Assembly (NCBI GenBank): GCA_963817895.1
Contig: CAWFQB010000014.1
Location: forward strand, 608,001 to 672,000
Direction of reading: 5' to 3'
Source of the DNA: an uncultured Chthonomonadaceae bacterium
GTDB lineage: Bacteria > Armatimonadota > Chthonomonadetes > Chthonomonadales > Chthonomonadaceae
DNA length: 64,000 bases
Below are positions 51,550-62,964 of this stretch, piece by piece. A model generated the notes under the pieces. The model had not been told where the DNA came from and searched no databases. It saw nothing but the letters and a program-made list of their open reading frames with translations. Numbering within the stretch: the stretch's first letter is position 1; each line of letters begins with the position of its first letter. The translations under genes and the position numbers were made by a program.

Positions 51550-52986
51550 ATGAAATCGTGGAAACCTATTCACACCGTTACGCTGGGTTCCTGCGCCCTG
51601 GCAATCACCGCGCTTGCCCTGCCCACTGCCACGCGTAGCCAGAACGCGGGCGCGCCTGCCAACTTCGTCGATTCCGTCAATGGCGAAGGCGTCTCTCGCA
51701 CACTCACCACTTACCCCGGCTTCGACCTGAACAACCCTTTTTTCAAGCCGCTCGGCACGAATGGCAGAACCTGCGCGACGTGCCACCCCGTCGCACAGGG
51801 CATGACCATCACGCCGACTTATGCCGTTCAGGTTTTTAACGCCACGCAGGGACTTGATCCCCTGTTCGCGCCCGTTGATGGCGCAAACAATCCGAAAGCC
51901 GATATGTCTACCCTCGCGGCGCGGCAGGCCAATTGCAGTATGCTGCTGAACAAGGGACTTATCCGTGTCGGCATCCCCATGCTTCCCAACGCGGAGTTTA
52001 CCCTTCAGGCCATAGACGATCCATACGGCTATTCTAACCCTATGGATGTGTCCTGTTTTCGCCGCCCGCTGCCGTCCACCAATCTGCGCTTCCTTGCCAC
52101 CGTGATGTGGGACGGGCGCGAACTCCTCGGTCAGAAGTCCGTGCTGGACGCGCTCGCGCAGCAGGCAAAGGACGCCGTGAAGGGCCACATGCAGGCGACG
52201 CAGACGCCAACCGACGCGCAGGTAGCACAGATTGTAGACTTTGAGACGCATCTGTATACCAGCCAGATTGCTTCCAACGACGCAGGCAACCTCAACACGC
52301 CCGCAAATCGGCGCGGGGCCAATCAACTTGATCAATCTGCAGTTTCAACCGGGTATCAACGACGCCTTTGGTCTGGTTCATAACCCGCAGCCGTTTAATC
52401 CAAATGTGTTTATCTTCTATGATAACTGGCTACAGATCCGCCCAACAACCCGCCACCCCCGCCGCCGCATAACGGCCTCAATAACCCGCCGCCGCCGCCG
52501 CGCCCCACACCTGCGCAGCAATCCGTGGCGCGGGGCGAGAAACTGTTCAATACACGACAGTTTACCATCAGCGGCGTTGCGGGGTTGAATGATGTGACGG
52601 GCAGAGCCTCCATCAAGGGAACGTGTTCCTCCTGCCACAGCGCGCCCAGTATCGGCAGCAACGCCCTGCCCCTGCTGCTGAATACCGGCGTGGCGGATGG
52701 CAAACTGCGGACGCCCGATATGCCCCTGTACACCCTGCGCAACAAGAAGACGGGCGCGACGCTGCAAACCACCGACCCCGGCGCGGCCATGACAACCGGC
52801 AAATGGGCGGACATCGGGAAGTTCAAAGTGCCGAGCCTACGCGGACTGGAAACCCAATCGCCGTACATGCACAATGGAGTTTCCGGCGACCTGCTCGACA
52901 TTCTCGACTTCTACGACAACCGCTTCCAGATCGGCCTGTCGGAGCAGGAGAAAGAAGACCTCGCGTTGTTCCTGACCACGCTATAA
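51550..52986 (+). CDS. Diheme cytochrome c peroxidase / MauG-like protein, frameshifts between about 52300 and 52500
   Basis: Signal peptide, CATCH, MWDGR, CSSCH, FKVPSLRGL..PYMHNG. Confidence 0.8.
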
Positions 52987-53473
52987 AGCAAACAAACGCA
53001 ACGAACGGGCGTAAGTCACGAGCGGCCATGAGGACTATTCTCCTCATGGCTGCATGGCGTTGTAATAAATTTTGCAACCAACCTCTGCGGAACAGTAACT
53101 GTCCAGAAAACAACAATTGGAGATGGCAAAAGTTTAGCCGCAAATGAACGCGAATAAACGCGAATGAGGAGTGTTTCTGACGGACGGACGGACGCGCTTA
53201 TTTCCAGCGGCTGAATAAAAGAACCCTGTTGCTACGGCGACCGGGTTCTTTTTGCTGTCATACGAATTTTTTGGTGCCAGCATTTATCTGAATTTTATTG
53301 CCGCTCCTTACAATAAAGCGGAAGCGGTAAACCGCGCCAAAACAAAATACATCACCGTCGCCGCTAATGTATTTTTGCGAGTGTCGCGCTTCTCTTAACA
53401 ATCGGCTCCCAACTTTTCGAGCGTCCGCTTACGACAACGCCTGTACAAAATCAACCCGGCAAAAGGATCACTC

Positions 53474-54607
53474 ATGAACTCTGCTCAAAATCTGTTCGCG
53501 TCTCCCCGCCTCTGCCGTTTACTGCGGGTCGCCTTCGCCCTCGGACTTCTGGCACTGCAAATTTCAACGGCGCGAGCGCTTCCCGTATACTCCCGGCAGT
53601 ACGGGGTTGGCTGTCAGATGTGCCATACGGTCACGCCGCGCCTCAACCGGTTCGGCTATGCGTTTCAGGCCAACTACTTCAACTGGCCGGATCGTAGCGG
53701 CCCGCCCAAAATTGATCCCACGCGCTATCTGCCCCTTTCCACCCTGACCACCTTCAGCTACCAGAGCGACTTTACCAACAGGCAGGATACCCTCAACTTC
53801 CGCGCCTTCGAGTTGTTCTTTTCCAGCGGGTTCAGCAGCCAGCAAAGCCCGCCCGGACGCGCCGGAGGGTACTTTGTCAACTTTCTCGCCAGTTCCACTT
53901 CCGCAGATGCCACCAGCGGCGACCTGGGAGATGCGTATGTCGCCCTGCCGTTCGCGGGCAAACGGGGACAGGCCGCTATAGTCATCGGGCAGGCGACGCC
54001 CCTGCGGTATCAGTATAATCCCAACAACAGCCTTACCGATCAGATTCCCTACGCGCTGGATGAGGGCGTTGGGGATTTCGCGTTCGGCGCGTCCCAACCC
54101 TCCATCCGTCTGGAGTACTTCGACAATCGGGGCAATCTATCCGCCGACGGCAACTATGTTACGCTGGCTCTGCCCCTGCAAGGCCATCTCGGGCTGACGC
54201 GGGCAGGAGATATTCACGCCGAAGATGGCGCGTTTGCCCACTACTTTCACCGTTGGGGCTATACCACGCTGGGCGCGTTGAGTTACGTTCATAAAAGCGG
54301 CAATTTGCAGGGGCTTGTCGGAACCTACGCCCTGCGCCGCAATCTCTACCTGACCGGAATTGCCACCCTCGCCCACAGCCCCGGCTTCAATACCAACCAC
54401 GTTTCGCTCGAAACCGAGTACATGCCGTCCACACGCCTCGCGCTGACCGGGCGAGCCGAACTGATCGGCGGGGATCGCAGCGAAGTAGCGACAACAGGGG
54501 CCCTCACCTTTTATCCGCTTCGTACTCAGTATCTCCGCCTGACCGCCGAGGCAAGGGAACGACGGGCTGACAGAGCGTTCAACCTGTTCCTGCGCGTCCA
54601 GTATTGA
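53474..54607 (+). CDS. Cyc2-like monoheme cytochrome-porin
   Basis: Signal peptide then LPVYSRQYGVGCQMCHT..PRLNRFG..F; beta-strand-rich body; C-terminal Tyr. Confidence 0.65.
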   Translation: MNSAQNLFASPRLCRLLRVAFALGLLALQISTARALPVYSRQYGVGCQMCHTVTPRLNRFGYAFQANYFNWPDRSGPPKIDPTRYLPLSTLTTFSYQSDFTNRQDTLNFRAFELFFSSGFSSQQSPPGRAGGYFVNFLASSTSADATSGDLGDAYVALPFAGKRGQAAIVIGQATPLRYQYNPNNSLTDQIPYALDEGVGDFAFGASQPSIRLEYFDNRGNLSADGNYVTLALPLQGHLGLTRAGDIHAEDGAFAHYFHRWGYTTLGALSYVHKSGNLQGLVGTYALRRNLYLTGIATLAHSPGFNTNHVSLETEYMPSTRLALTGRAELIGGDRSEVATTGALTFYPLRTQYLRLTAEARERRADRAFNLFLRVQY

Positions 54608-54698
54608 CATTAAAGTTGACAAGGCGCGGAATTTTATACAAATTTCATACTTCTGCTTTATAATCAAACCAGACTTAACTTTCTATGGCACTCTTACA

Positions 54699-55619
54699 AT
54701 GAAGAATCGGTTTGCAGCAAAGGAGCAGAAGATGGAAAATCGAGAAGACAGAACAGGCTCATGGCAGCCGCCAACCCGGCGGCGCATTCTGCTGATGGGC
54801 GCGGCGAGCGCAGTGGCGCTTGTGGGATTGGGAACCGGACGCGCAGGCAGGGCGTGGGCGCAAAAAGCGGGATCGGCTATTCTGACACCCGAAGAGACGG
54901 AAGGCCCCTTCTGGATTGAGGAGAAGCTGAAACGCGCCGACATACGCCTGGACCCCACCAACAAGACGATGCAAAAGGGGCTGCCGCTGACGCTCAACCT
55001 CAGAGTGTCGCAGCTGAACAAAGGGGTGATTTCGCCCCTGAGCGGCGCGGTTGTGGATTTGTGGCACTGCAACGCGACCGGCCAGTATTCGGACGTGCAG
55101 GACACGAAGGGGCAGAAGTTTTTGCGCGGCTATCAGGTGACGGATGAGAAGGGACAGGCGCAGTTTACCACTATTTACCCGGGGTGGTATCAGGGCAGAA
55201 CCGTCCACATTCATGCCCGCGTCCGCACCGTTGCGGGCGAGAAGACGACGCATGATTTCACGACGCAGTTCTTCTTCGACGACGCTGTGACCACACATGT
55301 TTACAAACAGGCTCCTTATAATACCAACCCGAACCGAGACATTTTCAACACGGGAGATGGTATCTACAACAGCCCCGCCCGAGCCGGCAAAACCACGCGG
55401 GCGAGTGGCGAACTGCTGATGCTGAAACTGGTCGAGGACAGCCGCCACGCTGTCGGCACATTCGATATGCTGCTGGATGTGGCAAACCTTCCCGCGCGCA
55501 GCAATGGCGGCAGTTTCGGAGGACCGGGCGGGCCGGGTGGCCCTGGAGGTTTTGGCGGGCCGGGCGGTCGCAGAGGCCCCGGAGGTCCCCCGCCGGATGG
55601 CCCGCCGCCCGGAGAGTAA
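54699..55619 (+). CDS. Tat-exported intradiol ring-cleavage dioxygenase-like protein
   Basis: TRRRIL, EGPF, WHCNA.G.YS, YPGWY.GRTVHIH; Gly/Pro tail. Confidence 0.88.
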   Translation: MKNRFAAKEQKMENREDRTGSWQPPTRRRILLMGAASAVALVGLGTGRAGRAWAQKAGSAILTPEETEGPFWIEEKLKRADIRLDPTNKTMQKGLPLTLNLRVSQLNKGVISPLSGAVVDLWHCNATGQYSDVQDTKGQKFLRGYQVTDEKGQAQFTTIYPGWYQGRTVHIHARVRTVAGEKTTHDFTTQFFFDDAVTTHVYKQAPYNTNPNRDIFNTGDGIYNSPARAGKTTRASGELLMLKLVEDSRHAVGTFDMLLDVANLPARSNGGSFGGPGGPGGPGGFGGPGGRRGPGGPPPDGPPPGE

Positions 55620-55630
55620 CTCCTCAAGCC

Positions 55631-55680
55631 TTTAGTCTTCCAGGTAACTCCCGGTCACGGGAGTTACCTGGAAGACTAAA
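55631..55680. terminator. 23-bp perfect hairpin between convergent genes
   Basis: TTTAGTCTTCCAGGTAACTCCCG-GTCA-CGGGAGTTACCTGGAAGACTAAA. Confidence 0.7.
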
Positions 55681-55710
55681 CCTAACAACCTAACAACGAA
55701 CAACCTGATT

Positions 55711-56133
55711 TCATGGATTATGCGGCGAGGTGGCGATGAGAACCACAAGCGTTTCCGTACCCGTGTTCTCGATGCCGTGTTCGCACCAGGGCGGCAGGTA
55801 CACGAACATGCCTTTTTCTACGGGTTCCTGCTTCCCCTCCGCGAACGTCATCATGCCACGCCCCTCCAGAATTACATACGTTTCTTCGGTCTCGTGCGAA
55901 CCGGGCGGGTTTTTGGTGTGGGGCGGCAGATAAAACATCACCAGCCCCATGTTCTTCGCGGGCGCGTTGGGGTTGACCGGATGCACCACGCGCACTCCCA
56001 GCCCGTGACAACCCGGGTACGCGACCGGAACCCCCTCCTGAACCGTCACAATCATCGGATACACGGGCGTATCCGGCTTCGGTATCGTCGGTTCCCCCGC
56101 CACATAGCCCTTGAACTGCGTAATCTCCGCCAT
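55711..56133 (-). CDS. Cupin-domain protein
   Basis: SHETEETYVILEG, P...EHGIENTG. Confidence 0.88.
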   Translation of the reverse strand: MAEITQFKGYVAGEPTIPKPDTPVYPMIVTVQEGVPVAYPGCHGLGVRVVHPVNPNAPAKNMGLVMFYLPPHTKNPPGSHETEETYVILEGRGMMTFAEGKQEPVEKGMFVYLPPWCEHGIENTGTETLVVLIATSPHNP

Positions 56134-56219
56134 TGGTTTTGTCCTTTTCAGAGTAATATTGCAAGTATGACGACTTTGGAGTATCCTACTATAATAAGAG
56201 TCCCGTCAGGAGGCCCGAA

Positions 56220-56686
56220 ATGTTCGTTTACGCTCATGCAACCGAAACCATTACACCCAGCCCGCGGAAGAGGAGATTGCCCGCGAGTCGCAAATTGTTC
56301 TGGCTGCGTTCAACCTCCAAAACGAACAGGATGAAATTCAGGTTCATTTGCATACACAGGACAATCAGAATACAACGTTCATTTTACCCCGCGCCGCCGC
56401 GCAACTGCTGCTGAATGGATTACAGGAGATGGCGAAAGGCCATGCGGTTTCTCTTGTACCCGTTCAGGCGGAATTAACCATTCAGCAAGGGGCGGATTTG
56501 CTCTGTGTCTCAAAATCCTATTTCATTAAACTCCTTGATGAAGGCAAAATTATCTACAGCAGGGCCGGATATGACCGTCGAGTAAAGACTAGTGACGTGT
56601 TGGCCTACATCAAGGAGTATCAGGAGTCCGCTGCTCAGGCCATGCAGGAACTGGTCGCGGAATCGCAGGCAATGGGACTCTACTGA
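56220..56686 (+). CDS. Excisionase-type HTH antitoxin, frameshift near 56263
   Basis: AGGAGG before ATG; ELTIQQGADLL.VSK..FIKLLDEG; ends GLY; coupled to PIN gene. Confidence 0.75.
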
Positions 56687-56918
56687 TGCCGACGACCACG
56701 ATTGCCGTTCTGGATGCCTGTATTCTTTACTCGGCAACCCTGCGAGATCTGTTCATGTGGCTGACGATACGGCTTGCCTTTCAGCCCAAATGGACAGAGC
56801 GTATTCATGCCGATTGGGTAGACAACCTTCTGGCAAACCGCCCCGACCTAACGCGCGCCAAACTGGAACGCACTCGCGACTTGATGAACCGGTGGGGCAG
56901 AGACTGGCGCGTAGAGGG
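56686..56918 (+). pseudogene. PIN-domain toxin, 3'-truncated
   Basis: VLDACILY..LRDL...WT..I..W; PIN-like sequence ends near DWRVEG. Confidence 0.75.
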
Positions 56919-58003
56919 TCGCCAGTACGCGGCTCCAGCAGGCGGCGAAAATCGTCGCCTTGATGGGCGAGGGTTTCCAGTTCTTCCCGAACGGTGGCAA
57001 AAGGTCTTTTTCTTTCAATCCAATATTTATACTCCACAAACAGGTGTTTGATGGGGATGTCAACGCCCTGTCGGCTTGCAAGAAAATGCTGCATGAAGAG
57101 ATCGCTTCTGGGACGTAAAAGCCTCCCTTGTCGGACTTCCGCGCGCCAGAATTCATCATCGAAGCGCGCCCAAAATTGAGTGTATAATGCCTCCTGCGGT
57201 TCACCCTGACGTGAAGCCCTCAAAAAGATAAAGTTTCGCAGCAAGTCCGCAGGCAATAATGGCTGCCCACGCGCGTTCAACGTTTCGAATATGACCTGCG
57301 CGTCATCCCCTGGTTCTAAATCTACCACAACTACTTGCAACGCATTCTTCAGTGCCTGAAAGCACTCATCCAACCGATCCGTCAATGGAACCTCCGAATG
57401 TATCGGCAGTTCATCCGGGCCTCCACTGAAAAACCCTTCTATTTGGGCATAGAAGTAAAGATAGGCTTCGACCATCTGAGGGCGTGGATCGGGCTTCTTT
57501 GCCCACTTCCGCCATTGCTGTGGGTACCGGGCAAGAAGTTGATCGCGGGAGAGTGAGAGTACCACATCTTGAAACTGCTTCCTGTCAAGTTGTGTCGGCC
57601 ATACCTTGAACTGCTCGACCGGTTTATCAGTCATCATTCCAGTGTTTAATGCAAAGCCATCGCACTCTTTCGCCATCTCCTCATAGCCTTGAGTACGGCA
57701 GAAATCACGAAATGCCGCAAGGAATATCTGTAGTGTGGTTAGTCTCTGCTGACCATCAATGACCTGTCGCTTTTCCACATGGCCTGTAGGCGTCTGCTTC
57801 TGGTCAAGCACCATTGCGCCGAGGAAGTGAACCGGAGCATCCTTACGCCCATCAAGATATTCAGTTAATTTTCGACTAATATCTTCCCACAAAGGCTCCC
57901 ACTGCTGTTCGCGGTTCCAAACGTATTGGCGCTGAAAGAGTGGCACTTCAAGCTGAATTTTGTTTCGGAATACCTGGAGCAACGGCAATGCTTGTGCCTT
58001 CAC
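56910..58003 (-). pseudogene. DUF262 (GmrSD-like) protein, C-terminus lost
   Basis: VPLFQRQYVW, VIDGQQRLTT, IFETLNARG..L..DL; reads into antisense PIN sequence. Confidence 0.8.
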
Positions 58004-58109
58004 GGATTTACCCCTGTTTACAAATGAATGTTGTAGACTTCGCGTTACTATTACTCCTCTGTTCAACAAATTCCTTCTCCGGCATACAGACAACACTATT
58101 TTCAGGCTC

Positions 58110-58138
58110 TTGACGCATTTCCGGTTTTGGCCTATACT
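58110..58138 (+). promoter_or_regulatory. Sigma70-like promoter
   Basis: TTGACG-17-TATACT. Confidence 0.6.
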
Positions 58139-58180
58139 GTGGGAGTGTCAGTGAAAACGGGAGGCGGGAGGAAGACCATC

Positions 58181-59182
58181 ATGGCAGCAGTGAGCGTACC
58201 ACGCGACAAAAGAATGGGCAACGACCGCGCAGACGGTCACAAACAGGTCAACGGCAACTCAGTCGGCAAAGATAACGGCAACGGCAAGAACAACAACCTG
58301 CAAGAGCAGAATACGGCAGAGAACCAAACAGGCAGCCGTAAGCGAGCATCCAAAAGAAAGATTTACTATCCCACAGGAGACGGTAAGCCGATGGCTGAGG
58401 ACGTGCTGCACCGCAAACAGATGGCTTATGGCTGTGACGCTCTCGAATACCACTTTGCTTCCCGCCCGGACGTATGCGTGGCGGGCAACGACTTTTTGTA
58501 CTATGAGGAAGGCAATCCACAGGCGCGCGTCTCGCCGGACTGCTATGTGGCGTTCGGCGTTGAGCCGAAAACAATCCGCCACTTCTACAAAATATGGGAG
58601 GAGAACGGCATTGCGCCCGCCGTTATCTTTGAATTCACGTCTAAAAAGACAAAGAAAGAGGATGTCACTCTCAAGAAGCCTCTTTACGAGCAAGTGTTGA
58701 AGGTGCAGGAGTATTTCCAGTTCGATCCCACCGGCGATTACCTGAAGCCGCGCTTGCAGGGCCAACGGTTGCAGGATGGAGTGTACCAGCCGATTGCGCT
58801 GATTGACAGCCGTATGGTGAGCGAACAGTTGGGATTGGAACTCGTCATTGAGGGCGACACATTGCGCTTCTACGATCCCGCAAGTGGCGAGTGGCTGCGC
58901 ACTTACGAACAGGCCGAAACACAGCGCCTTGCATCCGAGGCTCGCGCCAATTCTGCTGACCGTCGAGCGGTGGAAGCGGCGCGGCGCGCCGAAATAGAAG
59001 CGCGTCGAGCAGAAGCCGCTGACCGACGCGCCACTGAGGAAGCAAGACGCGCCGAGGCTGCTGACCGACGCGCTCAGGAAGAGGCGCAACGCGCCGAAAT
59101 GGAAGCGCGCCGAGCCGAGGCCGCCGAAGCAGAGATGGCCCGTATGCGCGCGGAGATGGAAGCGATGCGCCGGCAGAAGTAA
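58181..59182 (+). CDS. Uma2 (DUF820) family endonuclease with coiled-coil tail
   Basis: YPTGDGKPMAE, SPD, FEFTS, EYFQFDP; EARRAEAA repeats. Confidence 0.9.
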   Translation: MAAVSVPRDKRMGNDRADGHKQVNGNSVGKDNGNGKNNNLQEQNTAENQTGSRKRASKRKIYYPTGDGKPMAEDVLHRKQMAYGCDALEYHFASRPDVCVAGNDFLYYEEGNPQARVSPDCYVAFGVEPKTIRHFYKIWEENGIAPAVIFEFTSKKTKKEDVTLKKPLYEQVLKVQEYFQFDPTGDYLKPRLQGQRLQDGVYQPIALIDSRMVSEQLGLELVIEGDTLRFYDPASGEWLRTYEQAETQRLASEARANSADRRAVEAARRAEIEARRAEAADRRATEEARRAEAADRRAQEEAQRAEMEARRAEAAEAEMARMRAEMEAMRRQK

Positions 59183-59238
59183 AAAAACTCCCTTTAGCAA
59201 CCACTCTGCGCGGCAGCGAAATCGGCTGGCGAAACGGC

Positions 59239-60021
59239 CTAAAACTCCCGTAAATAGCCTGCCGTCCAGCCGCCATCTACGGTAAGGATATGACCGTTGA
59301 TGTAGCTGCTTTCCGGGGCGGCGAGGAACAGGGCGGCATGAGCCACCTCTTCGGGCGCGCCGGGACGTCCGAGCGGGATGTGGGCCAGCAGGGTTTGGGC
59401 GCGTTCGCGGAACTTGCCGTCCTCGCCATAAAAAAGCTGCCGGGTTCCCTCCGTCAGAATAGAGCCGGGGGCAATGCCGTTTACAAGCACACCCTTCGGA
59501 CCGAGTTCCAACGCCATCGAGCGCGTCAGGTTGACCACGCCCCCCTTCGCCGCCACAAACGCGCTTTGCAATCGGAGGGGAACCAGACCGACAACGGACG
59601 CGATGTTGATAATGCGCCCGCTCCCCTGCGCCAGCATCGGTTTCGCTCCCGCCTGCGACATCAGAAACAGGCCGGTCATATCCACGCGCACAATGCGTTC
59701 CCACTCTTCGAGAGGAAAAGCGTCCACGTTCACCCGATGATGCAGGGTGTTGATACCCGCGTTGTTCACCAGTATGTCAAGCCGCCCGCACTGCTCCAGC
59801 ACAAAATCAACGGATTGCTGCGCCTGTTGTGGGTCGCCCACATCCAGATGCAGGGCAAGACTGCCTTCCACCTGTGCCGACGCGGAACGCGCCCCTTCCA
59901 CGTCAATATCGGAATACACCACGCGGGCATGATTTGCCGCAAGCGTATCCGCAATCGCCTTGCCAATGCCCTTTGCCGCTCCCGTCACGAGGGCTACTTT
60001 GCCTTCCAGATTGACCTGCAT
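59239..60021 (-). CDS. SDR-family oxidoreductase
   Basis: TGAAKGIG, NNAG, FVAAK (Tyr replaced by Phe), VDGG. Confidence 0.92.
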   Translation of the reverse strand: MQVNLEGKVALVTGAAKGIGKAIADTLAANHARVVYSDIDVEGARSASAQVEGSLALHLDVGDPQQAQQSVDFVLEQCGRLDILVNNAGINTLHHRVNVDAFPLEEWERIVRVDMTGLFLMSQAGAKPMLAQGSGRIINIASVVGLVPLRLQSAFVAAKGGVVNLTRSMALELGPKGVLVNGIAPGSILTEGTRQLFYGEDGKFRERAQTLLAHIPLGRPGAPEEVAHAALFLAAPESSYINGHILTVDGGWTAGYLREF

Positions 60022-60053
60022 CCTTGCCGCCTTATTCAATTTCTTGCATGAAG

Positions 60054-60641
60054 TTACAGGTTGCGCATGATGATGCCCAAACTTTTGTTGTCGAGTTTGT
60101 TGATGTCGGGAAATTCGTAGCGGTTGCCGTCCGCGTCCGTGATGATAACCCGCCCTTGCGCCAGTTCCTGTAAGTTGTCGCGCAGGTTGCGGACGACGAT
60201 TTCTTTGGCTCCCCGGTCGGTATCCAGCGTCCAGTAGATGGTTCCGAACTCCTCTTTCACGCTGGTAACGCGCTCCACAAGCGGCACGAAGTAACGCTTT
60301 TCCAGCTCCTCTTCCACAATCTTGCGGGATTCGGGATCGAGTTGGTCGGGGTCATGCAGCATCCCCACATCTTTACCCGCGCCATCCAGAAACCCGATGT
60401 AGTGCTTGGGGTCGGAGAGCGGGAACGCGCGGGCAACGGACACTTTCGCCCACGAGCGATCCTCGAATAACGTCAGGCGCGGCACTCCGGCAGCCCGAAA
60501 CACGCGCGTTTTACGCGGGTCGAGAATCCGCAATTCAAACGCCGCCGGGTTCGCGTTCAGCGTCGGCGCAATCGTCTCTTCGCTCTTTTTCGCTTCCGTT
60601 TTGTTGCCGGCATGGCTGCCGTTACGTCCGTTGTCTGGCAT
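60054..60641 (-). CDS. DUF1854-like protein
   Basis: RAFPLSDP..YI, EEL.KRYF.P, W..DTDRG, D.DGNRY. Confidence 0.8.
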   Translation of the reverse strand: MPDNGRNGSHAGNKTEAKKSEETIAPTLNANPAAFELRILDPRKTRVFRAAGVPRLTLFEDRSWAKVSVARAFPLSDPKHYIGFLDGAGKDVGMLHDPDQLDPESRKIVEEELEKRYFVPLVERVTSVKEEFGTIYWTLDTDRGAKEIVVRNLRDNLQELAQGRVIITDADGNRYEFPDINKLDNKSLGIIMRNL

Positions 60642-60659
60642 AAATCATCCTCATTTGAA

Positions 60660-60762
60660 AGATAGGAGATACGAGATACGAGGGAAGAACTCACTAACTC
60701 CAAATTGTAGCCGCCAGAGTAGCAGCAAATCCACTCCTATCTCGTATCTCGTATCTCCTATC
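60660..60762. repeat. Paired inverted heptamer arrays (GAGATAC/GAGATAG)
   Basis: Direct read of both arms. Confidence 0.85.
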
Positions 60763-60766
60763 TTTT

Positions 60767-62948
60767 TCAATCTCTTTTCAGCACCTGAAACAGGTTGCTG
60801 TAATCGTCGGTCCACGTCCGTAAATGGGGATCGCGGGGATGTCTTCCGCCACGTTTTTCAGCAGGGGCGATTTGAAAAAGCTGTGCTGTCCCGTGATGAG
60901 AACCCATTCGGTCGCGGACAGGGCGTTGGCCTCGTCTTCTCCCGTATTGATAACTTTCGCTTCCTTGCCCAACGCGTCAGCCAATCCCGCCACAACCGGG
61001 ACGAGATTCAGGTAGCGGTTGGAAACGTGGACGCACAAAATGCCATCGGGTTTCAGATGCTTGAAGTACAGTTCAAATGCCTCTTTCGTCAGCAGGTGGA
61101 CGGGAATAGCGTCGCTGGAAAAAGCGTCTACCGCCAGCGCGTCGAACCGCTGCGATTGGCCTGCGGCCAGTTCACTTTCCAGTGTCAGACGGGCATCCCC
61201 CATCACCACATCTATCTGCGCGGGGCAATCCTGAAGATAAGTAAACTCCAAACGCGCCACTTTCAGCACGAGCGGGTTGATCTCGTAGTACCGGTAAACA
61301 TCGCCTTTTCTGCCATAACTGGCAAGCGAACCGGTTCCCAATCCAATCACGCCGACGCGCTCCGGGCGTGAGTCGCTCCGCGCCCGAATTGCCAGCCCGA
61401 CGCCTGTATTCGCGCCGTAGTACGAGGTGTGCAGCCGCCGCCTTTCCGGTTTGAGGTACTGGTTGCCGTGCCGAATGGTTCCATAAACGAGGGTGCGCAA
61501 CGCGTCGTCATCGTTCACATCGTCCGATTGACTGACGCGCAGAACGCCGTAAAAGTTGCGCGTGGTCAGGTGGTAATCCTTGAGCAACTCCAGCATATTG
61601 CCCTGCATATACGCGATTAGCCCGCCCGTCAGAACCGTCAGCGCAATCCAGTTTGTTTCCCGCCACCATTTCTGGCCCGGCTCCCGGTATAGCGCGAATA
61701 GCGAAATCACGGCGCAGGCTCCGATGGCAAGCGGAAGTTCGTATTCGGCGCGGAAAAACTGGGGGGCAATCACGCCGACAAACACGCCGCCAAGCGCCCC
61801 GCCAATGGAAAGCATCAGATAAAAGACGGTCAAATGCCGCGTGTCCGGCTTCAATCGCGCCAGTTCGCCGTGACACACCACGCAGCAGACGAACAGCCCG
61901 CCCGCAAACACGGGGATTAAAATGTTGATTGCCAGGTTCTGGTTGTTGTCGTTGAGGGCATACGCCATCGCCGCGCAAAACGCGAACGGCAGCGGCAGAA
62001 ACGCCCGCTTCCATTCCCACTGTTTGCCCCAAAACACCAGATGAAACTCAGCAGGTACAGACTGAGCGGCAGCACCCACAAAAACGGGATGGCCGCCACA
62101 TTCTGCGACAGATGATTGCTCACCGCCAGCAGCAGCGTAGAAGAACACGCCGCCAGCAGTATCCAGACGGACAAAGGATGAAGGATGAAGGATGAAGGAT
62201 GAATCCGTTGTCAGATTCGACTCTCCTCTTCTCCTTTTCTCCTTTTCTCCTTCTTCTTCCCCGTCTCCCCTCATTCTGACCGCGACCACAATGCACAGGA
62301 GGGCGAAGCGCGATGTAGCCGGTTTGCCAGAGGGTTGCCTGCTGATGGAGAGTAAAGCGAGGTTCCACGAGAACGGGGTAACTGAGGAGGGCGAGGAGGG
62401 AACCCGTGTTGGACAGGGCGTACAGGCGATACGGAAAGGATTTGGCTTTTTCATCGGCATTGGCGTTGGCGCGGACATGGGCGTCGTACCAGGCTTGCAG
62501 CAGGGGGCTGGTGGTGGAAAGCAGGAAGTAGGGCAGGCCGATAGTCAGCAGCAGCAGCAGCAGAATAGGACCGGTCGGTTCCGCGCCGCCCTGCGGTTTG
62601 AGCGTGGAGGAGGGCAGCATGCGCAGGGTAACGATACTGATTGCCAGCAGGCTGACATGAACCCACTTCTGCCAAATGCGGCGGCAAATAGCGAATGGAG
62701 CCGTGCGCGTACAGGTAGCCGAGCAGCAGCACAAGCTGAAAAAACAGCAGGCAGGTTGTCCACACGGCTGCGGTTCCGCCGAACCAGGGCAGAATGATTT
62801 TGGCGATAATCGGCTGCACCTGAAACAGCAGAAACGCGCTGAGAAAAATCGTAAGCGCATACAGGAACAGCGGCAGGCGCGACGCGCTTCCGTATAAATC
62901 GTTGGGTGAGGAGGTAACTGTCACATCAGGAGAATCAGAAGAGGTCAC
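60767..62948 (-). CDS. Membrane-fused spermidine synthase-like methyltransferase, several frameshifts
   Basis: SAFLLFQVQP, CHGELA, GLGTGSLA, GDARL, DAFSSDAIPVHL, WTDDYSNL. Confidence 0.85.
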
Positions 62949-62964
62949 GCCGTTTATTCCTTCA

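Noticed and set aside
58259..59704. Long shadow ORFs (481 aa here; also 2575-3468, 4174-5292, 21049-22065, 42501-43673, 51379-52335)
   Set aside because: Antisense or alternate frames of well-supported genes in GC-rich DNA, with no motifs.
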